The notes beneath the pieces are model-generated. The model saw nothing but the letters and a program-made list of their open reading frames with translations, searched no databases and was not told the origin of the DNA. A stretch of DNA of 64,000 bases, taken from assembly GCA_965216665.1 (NCBI GenBank), contig OZ244194.1:4141427-4205426 (forward strand), in the 5' to 3' direction. The translations under genes and the position numbers were made by a program. Of the stretch, positions 47,973 to 58,121 are shown piece by piece; positions within the stretch are counted from its first letter, which is position 1; every line of letters starts with the position of its first letter. This DNA comes from Arenicellales bacterium. Lineage in GTDB: Bacteria > Pseudomonadota > Gammaproteobacteria > Arenicellales > JAANXG01.

Positions 47973-49064
47973 CTACTCGCGCACGTATTGGCCGTCTCGC
48001 CAGACGTACCAGACGTAAGGATGCTCGGTGAGATCGCCGCGCTCGTCGAAGCGCAACGGTCCCATGACGGTGTCGAAAGCGCGACTGTGCAATACTTCGA
48101 TGACCTTGTCGGTCTGAAGCGTGCCGGCGTGCGTCGCCGCCTGCGCCCACACCTGTACCGCGGCATAGGTGTGTAAGGTGTAGCCTTCGGGTTCGTACCC
48201 GGCGGCGCGGAACCGCGCGACGACTTGCGCGGCGGACGGACTGTCCCGCGGGTCTTCACCGAACGTCGAGCGGGCGCCTTCGCCGGTAGCACCGGTGATG
48301 GCCCAGAAATCGGAATTGTGCAGAGCGTCGCCGGACACCACTTGCAGGCGCAAGCCCTGATCGTGGGCCTGGCGAACGATCAAGCCGGCGTCGGCGCTGT
48401 ACCCGCCGATGTAAAGCACTTCAATCTCTTTGCCCCGCAGCCGCTTGATCAAGTCACTGTAGTCCGTCTGCTCCGGCGCGTACGCGTCGTAGTAGGTTTC
48501 CATCACGCCGAGCTCGTTCAACCGCAGTTTGGTCTGGGTCGCCAAACCTTTGCCGTAGGTCGACCCGTCGTGGATGATCGCGATGCGCTGGTCGGCCCAG
48601 TGCTCCGTGAGGTAATCGCCCGCCGCGACGCCTTGTTGGTCGTCGCGCCCGCAGACGCGAAACACGTTCGACCAGCCTTGTTGCGTCAGGCGCGGGTTGG
48701 TGGAAGACGGCGAAATCTGGATCACACCCGCCGCGGCGTAAATCGGCGCCGCCGCGATCGAGGCATCCGAGGACCGGTGGCCGGCGACGAATACCACGTC
48801 GTCCGCCACGAGTTTGTGGGCGACAGCTTTCGCCTGCTCCGGGTCCTGGGCGTCGTCGCCGACGATCAGTTCCAGTCGCTTGCCGAGCACGCCGCCGGCG
48901 GCGTTGATGTCCGCCACCGCCATTTCCGCACCGCGACGGGACTGCTCTCCCGACCACGCACGGGGTCCGGTGAGCGGCACCGCCGTACCGATGCGGACGT
49001 CGGCGTAGACCACGGTTCCCCAGGCGAGTCCCAGCAGCAAGAGCGCAGCGCGTAGTGAATTCAT
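47973..49064 (-). CDS. Periplasmic branched-chain amino-acid-type (LivK/PBP1) substrate-binding protein
   Basis: True start MNSLRAALLLLGLAWGTVVYA at 49064. IGTAVPLTGPRAWSGEQSRRGAEMAVADINAAGGVLGKRLELIVGDD is typical of the Leu/Ile/Val-binding family. Confidence 0.8.
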   Translation of the reverse strand: MNSLRAALLLLGLAWGTVVYADVRIGTAVPLTGPRAWSGEQSRRGAEMAVADINAAGGVLGKRLELIVGDDAQDPEQAKAVAHKLVADDVVFVAGHRSSDASIAAAPIYAAAGVIQISPSSTNPRLTQQGWSNVFRVCGRDDQQGVAAGDYLTEHWADQRIAIIHDGSTYGKGLATQTKLRLNELGVMETYYDAYAPEQTDYSDLIKRLRGKEIEVLYIGGYSADAGLIVRQAHDQGLRLQVVSGDALHNSDFWAITGATGEGARSTFGEDPRDSPSAAQVVARFRAAGYEPEGYTLHTYAAVQVWAQAATHAGTLQTDKVIEVLHSRAFDTVMGPLRFDERGDLTEHPYVWYVWRDGQYVRE

Positions 49065-49225
49065 GGAAGCGGGGATCGGTTCTCCAAAGCTACAGCTTAC
49101 TCCGTCGCTCGGCTTCAAGAAACCCTTTCGGATACCGGGGCTTACGTCGATTTGCGGTTCGCTTACAGCGCGCGAGGGGCGCACGCCGGAGCGCCTTGGA
49201 GCGCGGGGCGGGGACGGCTGGCAGG

Positions 49226-49498
49226 CTATTCGACGGGCGGCACGTAGCCTTCGGGCTTCTCGGCACCGGTACCGAACAGAAACTTCTCCATCTCGGTGAC
49301 GATCAACTCCTTGGCTTTGGGGTCCATCGGGTTCAGCCGGTACTCGTTGATGATCATGGTCTGGTGCTGCACCCATTGCTGCCAGGCTTCCTTGGAGATG
49401 TTGTCATAGATTTTTTTCCCCAGCTCGCCCGGCCACGGCGCGTAGTCCAGACCTTCCGCTTCGCGGCCGAGTTTCACACAACGTACCGTGCGGCTCAT
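49226..49498 (-). CDS. yggX: Fe(2+)-trafficking protein YggX
   Basis: 90 aa. MSRTVRCVKLGREAEGLDYAPWPGELGKKIYDNISKEAWQQWVQHQTMIINEYRLN closely parallels E. coli YggX. Confidence 0.9.
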   Translation of the reverse strand: MSRTVRCVKLGREAEGLDYAPWPGELGKKIYDNISKEAWQQWVQHQTMIINEYRLNPMDPKAKELIVTEMEKFLFGTGAEKPEGYVPPVE

Positions 49499-50538
49499 AG
49501 CGCGTTCCTCAATGCTTGCAACAAACGTTTGACCGGTGCGGCCAGACCGCGAGTATCCGGCGAATCGGGGTTATACCAGACTACGTCGCGACGCTCCATT
49601 ACCCTTCCGGCGCCGCCGACGAGCCACGCCGGTTGCGGGGTGATGGTGAGGTGGAAGTGGGTAAAACTGTGCTCCAACGGCGGCCACGCTTGCTCGGTAC
49701 GAATATCGAGGCCGAAGCGCTGGGCTATCGCTGCCGCCACGTCGTCGTCCACCACTTCCGGGAAGCCCCACAGTCCGCCCCAGATCCCGCTGGGCGGCCG
49801 GCGCTCGAGCAGCACCGTGGCGCGGCCGTCGCGGATCATCACCATCGTGACCGCGCGGGTGGGTTTGGGTTTGCGCGGCGCCGGCGCCGGGTAGCGTTCC
49901 GGATCTCCGTCGCGGTACGCGCCGCAATCGCCGCGCACCGGACACGCCTCGCAGCGCGGCCGCCGCCGGCATACGGTAGCGCCGAGATCCATGATGGCCT
50001 GGGTGTAGGCGGCGACCCGCGTCGCCGGTGTGTGCGTCTCGGCGAGCGCCCACAATGTGTTTTCCACCGCGCGCCGGCCGGGCCAGCCGCAGACGCGAAA
50101 CACGCGCGCCAGCACTCGTTTCACGTTGCCGTCCAGGATCGGGTGGCGTGCGTCGTGGGCGAACGCCAGAATGGCGCCGGCGGTGGAGCGCCCGACGCCC
50201 GGCAGCGCACACCAGGCGTCGAGTGTCGTCGGCAACCGGCCGCCGTAATCGGCGGCGATGGTCTGAGCGGCGCGGTGCAGGTGGCGCGCGCGCGCGTAAT
50301 AACCGAGGCCCGTCCACAGATGCAGCACATCGTCCATCGGCGCCGCGGCCAGCGCCGCGACGGTCGGAAACCGCGCCATGAAGCGTTCGAAATAGGGCAC
50401 GACGGTCGCCACCTGCGTCTGTTGCAGCATGATCTCCGATACCCAGATTCGGTACGGGTCGCGTCCGGCGTGCCACGGCAGCTCCTTGCGGCCGTACCGG
50501 TCGTACCAGGCAAGCAGTTTCTCGGCAAACGGGGTCAT
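49495..50538 (-). CDS. mutY: A/G-specific adenine DNA glycosylase MutY
   Basis: True start MTPFAEKLLAWYDRYGRKELPW at 50538. It has the HhH-GPD fold, the 4Fe-4S cluster loop CRRRPRCEACPVRGDC and a NUDIX-like C-terminus. Confidence 0.9.
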   Translation of the reverse strand: MTPFAEKLLAWYDRYGRKELPWHAGRDPYRIWVSEIMLQQTQVATVVPYFERFMARFPTVAALAAAPMDDVLHLWTGLGYYARARHLHRAAQTIAADYGGRLPTTLDAWCALPGVGRSTAGAILAFAHDARHPILDGNVKRVLARVFRVCGWPGRRAVENTLWALAETHTPATRVAAYTQAIMDLGATVCRRRPRCEACPVRGDCGAYRDGDPERYPAPAPRKPKPTRAVTMVMIRDGRATVLLERRPPSGIWGGLWGFPEVVDDDVAAAIAQRFGLDIRTEQAWPPLEHSFTHFHLTITPQPAWLVGGAGRVMERRDVVWYNPDSPDTRGLAAPVKRLLQALRNAL

Positions 50539-50618
50539 GACGTGGGTGCGGCGCGCATTATCGCATGCGACACTCAGAGAACGAGACCCCGGGTCGGGCG
50601 GGGTGACGGTGTCGGTAT

Positions 50619-50692
50619 ATGGAGCGGGTGATGGGAATCGAACCCACGTCATCAGCTTGGGAAGCTGAGGTTCTACCATTGAACTACACCCG
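50619..50692 (-). tRNA. tRNA-Gly (anticodon CCC)
   Basis: The reverse complement reads GCGGGTGTAGTTCAATGGTAGAACCTCAGCTTCCCAAGCTGATGACGTGGGTTCGATTCCCATCACCCGCTCCA, with anticodon loop TTCCCAA. Confidence 0.9.
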
Positions 50693-50811
50693 CTTGCCGG
50701 GACCCCTTATATCACACCGGTGCGCCGCTCGGGAACGGCGCACCGCCGCCGATTCAGTGCGTTGCGGGCCCGTATTTGACCGACGCGGGACGACCTCGGT
50801 ACGCTTGTCTG

Positions 50812-51012
50812 ATGGATGTGATCGTAAACGGCGAGCCCCGCGACTTCGCCGCCGGTGAAACGCTGGCGTCGCTGGTGGCCGCGCTCGAACTCGAGAGCCA
50901 GCGGATCGCCATCGAAGTGAACGAGGAGATCGTACCACGCAGCCGCTACGCATCGCTGCGCCTCAAGGCCGGCGATCGCGTCGAGGTGGTGACCGCCATC
51001 GGCGGCGGGTGA
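50812..51012 (+). CDS. thiS: Sulfur carrier protein ThiS
   Basis: 66 aa (MDVIVNGEPRDF...VEVVTAIGGG). It has the C-terminal GG and lies directly upstream of thiG. Confidence 0.85.
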   Translation: MDVIVNGEPRDFAAGETLASLVAALELESQRIAIEVNEEIVPRSRYASLRLKAGDRVEVVTAIGGG

Positions 51013-51043
51013 CGGCCGGTAACTTATTGAAAGAGAGAGTGTG

Positions 51044-51853
51044 ATGCTACACGCTAAGACAGTTTCCCAAACCGGCGAGGACCCGTTGGTCATCGCCGGT
51101 ACGCGCTATCGGTCACGGCTCTTGGTCGGCACCGGCAAGTACAAAGATCTCGACGAAACCCGGCGCGCCATCGAGGCGAGTGGCGCGGAGATCGTTACCG
51201 TCGCCATTCGGCGCACCAATATCGGCCAGAATCCGGGCGAACCGAACCTGCTCGACGTGATTCCTCCGTCGCGCTACACGTTGCTGCCCAATACCGCGGG
51301 GTGTTATACCGCCAAAGATGCGGTGCGTACCTGCCGACTCGCGCGCGAGCTGTTGGACGGCCACACGCTGGTGAAGCTCGAAGTCCTGGGTGATGAGAAA
51401 ACGCTGTTTCCCGACATCCCCGCTACGCTGGCCGCGGCGGAGGAACTGGTGGCGGACGGGTTTCAAGTCATGGTGTATACCAACGACGACCCCATTGTCG
51501 CCAAGCGCTTCGCGGAGATGGGTTGCGTGGCGGTGATGCCGCTCGCGGCGCCGATCGGCTCGGGGTTAGGGATTCGCAACCCGTACAACATTCGCTTCAT
51601 TCTCGACGAGGCGACTGTACCGATTCTGGTCGACGCCGGGGTCGGCACCGCCAGCGACGCAGCGGTGGCCATGGAACTCGGGTGCGATGGCGTGCTGATG
51701 AATACCGCGATCGCGGCGGCGCGCGACCCGGTATTGATGGCCTCGGCCATGCGCAAGGGGATTGAGGCAGGCCGCGAAGCGTTTCTCGCTGGACGCATGC
51801 CGCGCAAGCGCTACGCCAGCGCCTCTTCGCCGGAAGAGGGTGTTTTCTTTTAG
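51044..51853 (+). CDS. thiG: Thiazole synthase ThiG
   Basis: [19 protein letters not shown]...VKLEVLGD...[14 protein letters not shown]...VLMNTAIA is classic ThiG. Confidence 0.9.
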   Translation: MLHAKTVSQTGEDPLVIAGTRYRSRLLVGTGKYKDLDETRRAIEASGAEIVTVAIRRTNIGQNPGEPNLLDVIPPSRYTLLPNTAGCYTAKDAVRTCRLARELLDGHTLVKLEVLGDEKTLFPDIPATLAAAEELVADGFQVMVYTNDDPIVAKRFAEMGCVAVMPLAAPIGSGLGIRNPYNIRFILDEATVPILVDAGVGTASDAAVAMELGCDGVLMNTAIAAARDPVLMASAMRKGIEAGREAFLAGRMPRKRYASASSPEEGVFF

Positions 51854-51955
51854 CGACGCCGGCTTTGTTACCGCGTTCGTGCGGCGCGCGTTGTTTGCCG
51901 GCGACACCGTCAGCCGGATCGCATCGTCGTTTTAGGTTTTTCGCTACGCGAGACC

Positions 51956-52633
51956 GTGCCCGACCCTTCGATACGCAGTTTCGTGCGCCGCGAAGGTCGC
52001 ATCACGCGCGCGCAGCGACGCGCACTCACCGACTTGTGGCCGCTGTACGGCATCGAAGCGGGTGTGATACCGGTGGACCTGCCGAAGTTGTTCGGCCGCC
52101 GGGTGCCGGTGGTGATGGAGATCGGCTGCGGTAACGGCGACGCGTTGACGGAACTGGCCGCACGCAGCCCGCACTGCGATTTTCTCGGCGTCGAGGTGTA
52201 CCGTCCGGGACTCGGTAGTACGCTGCTCAAACTGCACCGCGCGGGGCTGGTCAACGTGAAGCTGTTCGGCGATGACGCGGTCGGCGTACTGCACGACCGC
52301 ATCTTCCCGGAAGCGCTCGCCAAAATTCTGATTTTCTTCCCCGACCCGTGGCCGAAGAAGCGCCACCACAAGCGTCGGTTGATCCAACCGGACTTTGCGG
52401 CGCTCGCCGCGAGCCGCTTGGCGATGGGTGGAGAGCTGCATCTGGCCACCGACTGCGAGGACTACGCCGCGCACATGCTCGAGGTCTTAAGCGGCGAGGC
52501 GCGGTTACGCAACACCGCGTCCGGCGGCGGCTACGCCGTGCCGCCGGACTACCGGCCGCACACGCGGTACGAACGGCGCGGCCACGGTCTCGGTCACACC
52601 GTGCGTGACCTGATTTTCCGCCGCGTGGCGTAA
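51956..52633 (+). CDS. trmB: tRNA (guanine-N7)-methyltransferase TrmB
   Basis: 225 aa. IRSFVRREGRITRAQRRAL...MEIGCGNGD...FFPDPWPKKRHHKRR. Confidence 0.9.
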   Translation: MPDPSIRSFVRREGRITRAQRRALTDLWPLYGIEAGVIPVDLPKLFGRRVPVVMEIGCGNGDALTELAARSPHCDFLGVEVYRPGLGSTLLKLHRAGLVNVKLFGDDAVGVLHDRIFPEALAKILIFFPDPWPKKRHHKRRLIQPDFAALAASRLAMGGELHLATDCEDYAAHMLEVLSGEARLRNTASGGGYAVPPDYRPHTRYERRGHGLGHTVRDLIFRRVA

Positions 52634-52641
52634 CACTGCGG

Positions 52642-52833
52642 TCAGTCGTCGTCGCGCCTGAGCGCTAAGTTGTAGGCAGAGCCGTCGGGTGCCACGTTGA
52701 CCTGAAATTCGATGGGCCGGCAGCACACGTAGCAATCCTCGAAATACGATTGCCCTCCTGCGGACAAATCCAGTACCGTTTCGAAATGCTCACCGCAGTA
52801 CGGGCAAAAAACCGAGACGGGTGTCACCGACAT
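52642..52833 (-). CDS. CPXCG-motif zinc-ribbon protein
   Basis: 63 aa. It has CPYCG ... CYVCCRP cysteine pairs. Confidence 0.7.
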   Translation of the reverse strand: MSVTPVSVFCPYCGEHFETVLDLSAGGQSYFEDCYVCCRPIEFQVNVAPDGSAYNLALRRDDD

Positions 52834-52860
52834 GTTCGATAGAATCCTTGACTTGCGCGC

Positions 52861-53946
52861 ATGACCGAGCCCGACCTCTCATGGTGGGATCCGTATTCGG
52901 ATCAACCGTATAAGTTGCCGGCGGCGGAGAAACCGCGCGCCGGCCTCGCCAATCTGCGCGAGTATATGACGATCGCCGCCACGTGTTTAGGCCTGGCCCC
53001 GGCCGTGCTCGCCCGGTATCTGGCCTTGAAACCGCGCCCCGCGGCGATCGCGGCGGATTCGTTCGTCGGGTTGAGTGTAACCCCGGACGCGCGCTTCGAC
53101 GGCGCGGTGCACGATATGGTGGACGAACTCGGGGTTTCCGAGTTGCTGGTGCGCGTGCCGGTGTGGGAGCGGGGCGCGCTGAACCGCTACGCACGTTACC
53201 TCGAGTCTTTTCCGGGCAAACGTTTTCTCATCAACGTCCTTCAGCACCGCCAATCGGTGCATGACCCGGAGGCCTGGCGTAGCGATCTGCGCGCGATCTT
53301 CACCGCGTTGTCCGAGTACACCGCCTACTTTCAGATCGGTAACGCCATCAACCGCACTAAATGGGGTTGTGCGCACAGCGGTGAATACCTGCGGTTGTTG
53401 GATATCGCCGAACAGGTGCGCGGCGAATTTCCGGGCGTGAAACTGGTCGGTTCCTCGGTGATCGATTTCGAACCGCTGGTGACGCTGCGTACTTTGTTCA
53501 ACTTCCATAGCTATCGGCTGGACGCGGTGAGCTCGCTGTTGTACGTCAACCGGCGCGGCTCGCCCTACGGCCGCCAATATCGGATTTTCGATCTCTACAA
53601 CAAGCTGAGACTGATCCGCGCGATGGTGGCGACCGGCAACCGCAACGCGGCGCGGCTATGGATCACCGAGACCAACTGGCCGCTGCTCGATACCAAGCCT
53701 TACACGCCGAACTCGGGACACCCGCGCTCCACGGTAGACGAACCGACCCAGGCGCGCTATCTGAAGCAGTACTACCAGATCGCGTACCGTACCGGTTGGG
53801 TGGAGCGGGTCTATTGGTGGCAGTTGATCAATCCGGGTTACGGGCTCGTCGATCACCGCGGTGGCCGGTTGCGCAAACACCCGGCGTACTTTGCCTTGCA
53901 GGAGATCATGGCGGGCGGGTTGTTCGAGGCGCCGGCGCCGGGTTGA
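52861..53946 (+). CDS. Glycoside-hydrolase-like TIM-barrel protein (clan GH-A-like)
   Basis: 361 aa. QIGNAINRTKWG (acid/base-region-like) and LWITETNWP (nucleophile-region-like). Confidence 0.5.
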   Translation: MTEPDLSWWDPYSDQPYKLPAAEKPRAGLANLREYMTIAATCLGLAPAVLARYLALKPRPAAIAADSFVGLSVTPDARFDGAVHDMVDELGVSELLVRVPVWERGALNRYARYLESFPGKRFLINVLQHRQSVHDPEAWRSDLRAIFTALSEYTAYFQIGNAINRTKWGCAHSGEYLRLLDIAEQVRGEFPGVKLVGSSVIDFEPLVTLRTLFNFHSYRLDAVSSLLYVNRRGSPYGRQYRIFDLYNKLRLIRAMVATGNRNAARLWITETNWPLLDTKPYTPNSGHPRSTVDEPTQARYLKQYYQIAYRTGWVERVYWWQLINPGYGLVDHRGGRLRKHPAYFALQEIMAGGLFEAPAPG

Positions 53947-54033
53947 AGCGGCCGCGGGCGCGCCCCACGCTCCGGCGTCGGGCGGCGCACAGAATGCAGC
54001 TATGTCCGGCACGCTGTCGCGCCGGCGCGGGGG

Positions 54034-54693
54034 TCAGGGCTCGATCTTGTCGACGCCGCGGCCAGTGCCCAGCAGGAGGGCGTCGGCGGGTCGCTGGGCG
54101 AAGATCCCGTTGGTGACCACGCCGGGGATGTTATTGATCCGTTCTTCGAGCGCTCTGGGATCGAGAATCTCGAGGTTGTGCACATCGATCACGAGATTGC
54201 CGTTGTCGGTCGTGAACCCGGCGCGCAACCGCGGCGCGCCGCCGAGTTTCGCCAGTTGTCGGGCGACGAAGCTGCGCGCCATGGGAATCACTTCGACCGG
54301 CAACGGAAACGCGCCCAGCACGTCCACCAGTTTGCCCTCGTCGGCGATGCACACGAAGGTTTCGCTCGCGCTGGCGATGATCTTCTCGCGCGTCAGCGCA
54401 CCGCCGCCGCCCTTGATCAAGGCCAGTTGGCGGGTGGCTTCGTCGGCGCCGTCGACGTACAGGGGGAGGTCGCCGGTGTCGTCGAGTTCCAAAACCGGGA
54501 TGGCCAGCGCACGCAGGCGTTCGGCGCTGGCAACCGAGCTGGCCACGGTGCCGTCGAGTTTTCCCTTCACCCGTGGCAGTACGTCGATGAAGTAGTTCAC
54601 GGTGGAACCGGTACCCACCCCAAGCACGATTCCGGATTCGATGTAGTCCAGGGCCGCTTCGGCGGCTTGTCGTTTCTGGTTCTCTATGGACAT
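54034..54693 (-). CDS. rpiA: Ribose-5-phosphate isomerase A
   Basis: 219 aa. [20 protein letters not shown] and [12 protein letters not shown]. Confidence 0.9.
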   Translation of the reverse strand: MSIENQKRQAAEAALDYIESGIVLGVGTGSTVNYFIDVLPRVKGKLDGTVASSVASAERLRALAIPVLELDDTGDLPLYVDGADEATRQLALIKGGGGALTREKIIASASETFVCIADEGKLVDVLGAFPLPVEVIPMARSFVARQLAKLGGAPRLRAGFTTDNGNLVIDVHNLEILDPRALEERINNIPGVVTNGIFAQRPADALLLGTGRGVDKIEP

Positions 54694-54808
54694 GGCGGGA
54701 TTCCTTTTTTCGGCGTCTGCGCCGCGTACAATCGGCTAAGATAAACATAACACACCTTAGTCCAGTGCAGGCCGGGTCTGCGGAATCCCGGACCGCACAT
54801 CGAACGTC

Positions 54809-56320
54809 ATGCCCGTCGACTACTTAAAGAAAATTCTCACCGCCCGCGTATACGACGTCGCCCACGAGACGCCTCTGGAGCTCGCCACCAACCTGTCGGC
54901 GCGGCTCGATAACCGGATTTGGTTGAAGCGTGAGGATCAGCAGCCGATCTTCTCGTTCAAAGTGCGTGGCGCTTACAACAAGATGGCGGCGCTGCCGGCG
55001 AAGGTTTTGAAGCGCGGCGTGGTGGCCGCGTCGGCCGGTAATCACGCCCAGGGAGTCGCGCTGGCGGCGCAACGCCTGGCCGGCCGTGCGGTGATCGTCA
55101 TGCCGGTCACCACCCCGGCCATCAAAGTCCAGGCGGTGCGTCAGCGGGGCGCTGAGGTCGTACTGTTCGGCGACGATTACGACGCTGCGCACGAGCGGGC
55201 GCAGGCCTTGGCCGGCCGGCATCGGCTGACGCTGATTCATCCGTACGACGACGCCGAGGTCATTGCCGGGCAGGGGACGATCGGTATGGAGATCCTGCGT
55301 CAACACCCCGGGCCGTTACACGCCGTGTTCGTGCCCGTGGGCGGCGGCGGGCTGATCGCCGGTGTCGCCGCCTATCTGAAGGCGCTGCGCGCTTCCATCC
55401 GGGTCATCGGTGTGGAGCCCACGGATGCCGCGGCGATGCACGCGGCGCTGCGCGCCGGACGGCGTAAACGTCTGTCGCAGGTGGGGCCGTTTGCCGACGG
55501 CGTCGCGGTGCGTCAGGTAGGCAAGGAGACGTTCCGCATCGCACGGCATGCCGTGGACGATGTCGTCTGCGTGTCCACCGACGCGATCTGCGCGGCGATC
55601 AAGGACGTGTTCGAGGACACGCGAACGGTCATGGAACCCGCCGGTGCGCTCGCGGTCGCCGGCGCCAAAGCCTATATGGCGAGCGAAACGCTGCGTGGCC
55701 AGGATCTCATTGCGATTACGAGCGGTGCCAACATCAACTTCGACCGCCTGCGCCACGTCGCCGAACGCGCCGAAATCGGAGAGCGGCGCGAAGCTATTCT
55801 CGCGGTCACGATTCCAGAGCGTCCGGGAAGCTTCCGTCGTTTCTGCCGCGCGATCGGCAACTACGCCATTACCGAATTCAACTACCGTTATTCGAGTGCC
55901 GCCGAGGCGCACGTTTTCGTGGGCATCCGTGTCGAGCGGAGTACGGAGATCAAACGGTTGATCGCGCGCCTGAAGCGCCACCGCTACGCCACCCTCGATC
56001 TGACCGACAACGAGATAGCCAAACTGCACGTACGGCATTTGGTGGGCGGGCGCGCGCCGCAGGCGCAGGATGAATCAGTGTACCGGTTTGAATTCCCCGA
56101 GCGCCCCGGCGCACTGCTCGAGTTTTTGGAGAAGATGGGCGCTACGTGGAATATCAGCCTGTTCCATTACCGCAATCACGGCGCCGACTACAGTCGTGTG
56201 CTGTGTGGGATGCAGGTGCCGCCCGAAGACAAGAGAGCGTTTCGGGAGTTTCTGCGGAGCCTGGGTTATCCCTACCAGGAAGAAACCGGTAATCCGGCGT
56301 ACCGTTTGTTCCTCGGCTAG
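54809..56320 (+). CDS. ilvA: Biosynthetic threonine dehydratase IlvA
   Basis: 503 aa. It has the PLP site FSFKVRGAYNKM and two C-terminal ACT-like regulatory domains. Confidence 0.9.
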   Translation: MPVDYLKKILTARVYDVAHETPLELATNLSARLDNRIWLKREDQQPIFSFKVRGAYNKMAALPAKVLKRGVVAASAGNHAQGVALAAQRLAGRAVIVMPVTTPAIKVQAVRQRGAEVVLFGDDYDAAHERAQALAGRHRLTLIHPYDDAEVIAGQGTIGMEILRQHPGPLHAVFVPVGGGGLIAGVAAYLKALRASIRVIGVEPTDAAAMHAALRAGRRKRLSQVGPFADGVAVRQVGKETFRIARHAVDDVVCVSTDAICAAIKDVFEDTRTVMEPAGALAVAGAKAYMASETLRGQDLIAITSGANINFDRLRHVAERAEIGERREAILAVTIPERPGSFRRFCRAIGNYAITEFNYRYSSAAEAHVFVGIRVERSTEIKRLIARLKRHRYATLDLTDNEIAKLHVRHLVGGRAPQAQDESVYRFEFPERPGALLEFLEKMGATWNISLFHYRNHGADYSRVLCGMQVPPEDKRAFREFLRSLGYPYQEETGNPAYRLFLG

Positions 56321-57252
56321 ACGCCGCCACCGGCGGACGGCGCGCCGGAGGACCTCCCGCGCAGGCGGCGTGACGGCGTTCGCAATCGGCGCGCCGTGTC
56401 AATCTGAATGACGCGCGGGTTGGATGAGCAAGTCAGACACAGGCCGAAGGGATTCAGCCGATCGGTTCGCCCGCAGCGCGCGCAGTAATCGATACGCGGT
56501 TTTCTCGTCCCCATTCCCGTTTGTCCGTAACCTGCGTGTGATTCAAGACCGGGCCACACGCCGCGATCTTACCCGGTTATGCAGTAAGACCTCACCAATC
56601 CGCCCGAGTTCGCGGTCCTTGTGCGGTCGCTCTACTCGAAGCCGGATGAAGCAGAGCTCTAAAATAGACAAAGCCCACCTACCGCCAAGGCGGTGGGTGG
56701 GCCATTGAAGGGGAACAGTCGTAGTCTAAACAACGAGCAGGACAATCCTGCTCTACGTTTAAAGTTAGATCATTCTGCGCGAATAGCAAGAGAATCGAAT
56801 AAATTCCCCGAACCGGGGTCCGGTCGAGGCGAGTTGAACTGAAGCTGTTTACAGCTCTTGAAACTCGTGAGCTCTTAGCGGATGGTCTCCACGTGTTCGT
56901 CACCCGACGTTTGCGGATCGTCGACGCCATCCGGGGCGAACTTTTGTGCGCCCCTTTGGGGTCGGGAGGTGCGACTCGATTCCCCGCACGATCGCAGAGA
57001 CTTTGTCACCTTTCCACTTCCGATCTGGTCCGCGAAAATGACTGAAGTCTTCCTGTGCAGCCGACCACTCGTGGGGGTGGTTGTGATACGTGGCGACCGC
57101 TTGTCCCACTACGATGTCGCCGATCGCGTCCAGCGGATTGTATCCAATCGACGAAGTGCCGGGTTTGGCGGCGTTCTATACCCGACTGGGCGGACGCGGT
57201 AAGCTCGCCGCTTTCGGTAAGCGACGTCCGCTATGTCGATAAACCGGCAGTC

Positions 57253-58053
57253 ATGAGTACGGTCCGCGGGACCCTGGACGCTTCCTGGACGGCGCACCAG
57301 GAGGTGGTGGCGTGGGAGCGCCCGGGAAGTCGGCCACCCACCCTCACGCGCAATGAGATTCACGTGTGGTGGGCGGACCTCGATGTCCCGCACGCGCGCC
57401 AGCAGAACCTGGCGGTATCCTTGTCGGGGCCGGAGCGCGCACGTGCCGAACGCCTGCGTTTCGCCCACCACCGGCGGCGCTACGCGGCGGGCCGCGGTTT
57501 GTTGCGCGAGTTGATCGGGGCCTACCTGGACACCGACCCGGCGGCATTACGCTTCCGGTTCGGTGCGCTCGGCAAACCGAGTCTGGCACAAGCCGGTATC
57601 GACTTGTGTTTCAATTTCTCCGATTCACAGCGCCGCGGACTGTTCGCTTTTGCGTGGCGGCGGGAATTGGGTGTGGACCTCGAGTGTCTCGACCGTCAGG
57701 TCAATTACGAACGCATCGCGGTGCGGAAGTTCGCCCGCACCGAGAGCCGGGCGCTACTGGCCCTGCCGGCGATACAACGCCGCGACGCCTTTCTTGCCTG
57801 TTGGACGCGCAAAGAGGGCTTCGGCAAAGCAAAGGGGGTGGGGATCCGTTATCCGCTGGACAGCGTCTCGCTGTGCGCCGACTGCGCCGAACCGCGGCTC
57901 GTGATCGACGACGACGGCCGGAATTGGCGGCTGGAACAGATCTACCCGACTGCCGGTCACGTCGGCACGGTGGTGTATGCGGGCCCGGCCGTGCGACTGC
58001 GGTTCTTTGCGGTGCCGGACTCGGGACTGGGGCCGCGGCCTGGCGAGGAATGA
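57253..58053 (+). CDS. 4'-phosphopantetheinyl transferase (Sfp/EntD type)
   Basis: True start MSTVRGTL at 57253. NEIHVWWADLD, GKPSL, FNFSDS, LGVDLE and WTRKEGFGKAKG. Confidence 0.8.
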   Translation: MSTVRGTLDASWTAHQEVVAWERPGSRPPTLTRNEIHVWWADLDVPHARQQNLAVSLSGPERARAERLRFAHHRRRYAAGRGLLRELIGAYLDTDPAALRFRFGALGKPSLAQAGIDLCFNFSDSQRRGLFAFAWRRELGVDLECLDRQVNYERIAVRKFARTESRALLALPAIQRRDAFLACWTRKEGFGKAKGVGIRYPLDSVSLCADCAEPRLVIDDDGRNWRLEQIYPTAGHVGTVVYAGPAVRLRFFAVPDSGLGPRPGEE

Positions 58054-58121
58054 CGCCGGGAGTGGAATGCCGACCGCGCAGACACCCCGGCTGCCGGCCG
58101 GTCGGACGTTGATCCGAAGTC

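Noticed and set aside
56900-57109. 69-aa minus-strand ORF (MGQAVATYHNHPHEW...) and 80-aa ORF 56317-56559.
   Set aside because: It has a GTG start without an SD and an Arg-rich tail. The apparent continuation is in another frame. The evidence for a functional gene is insufficient.
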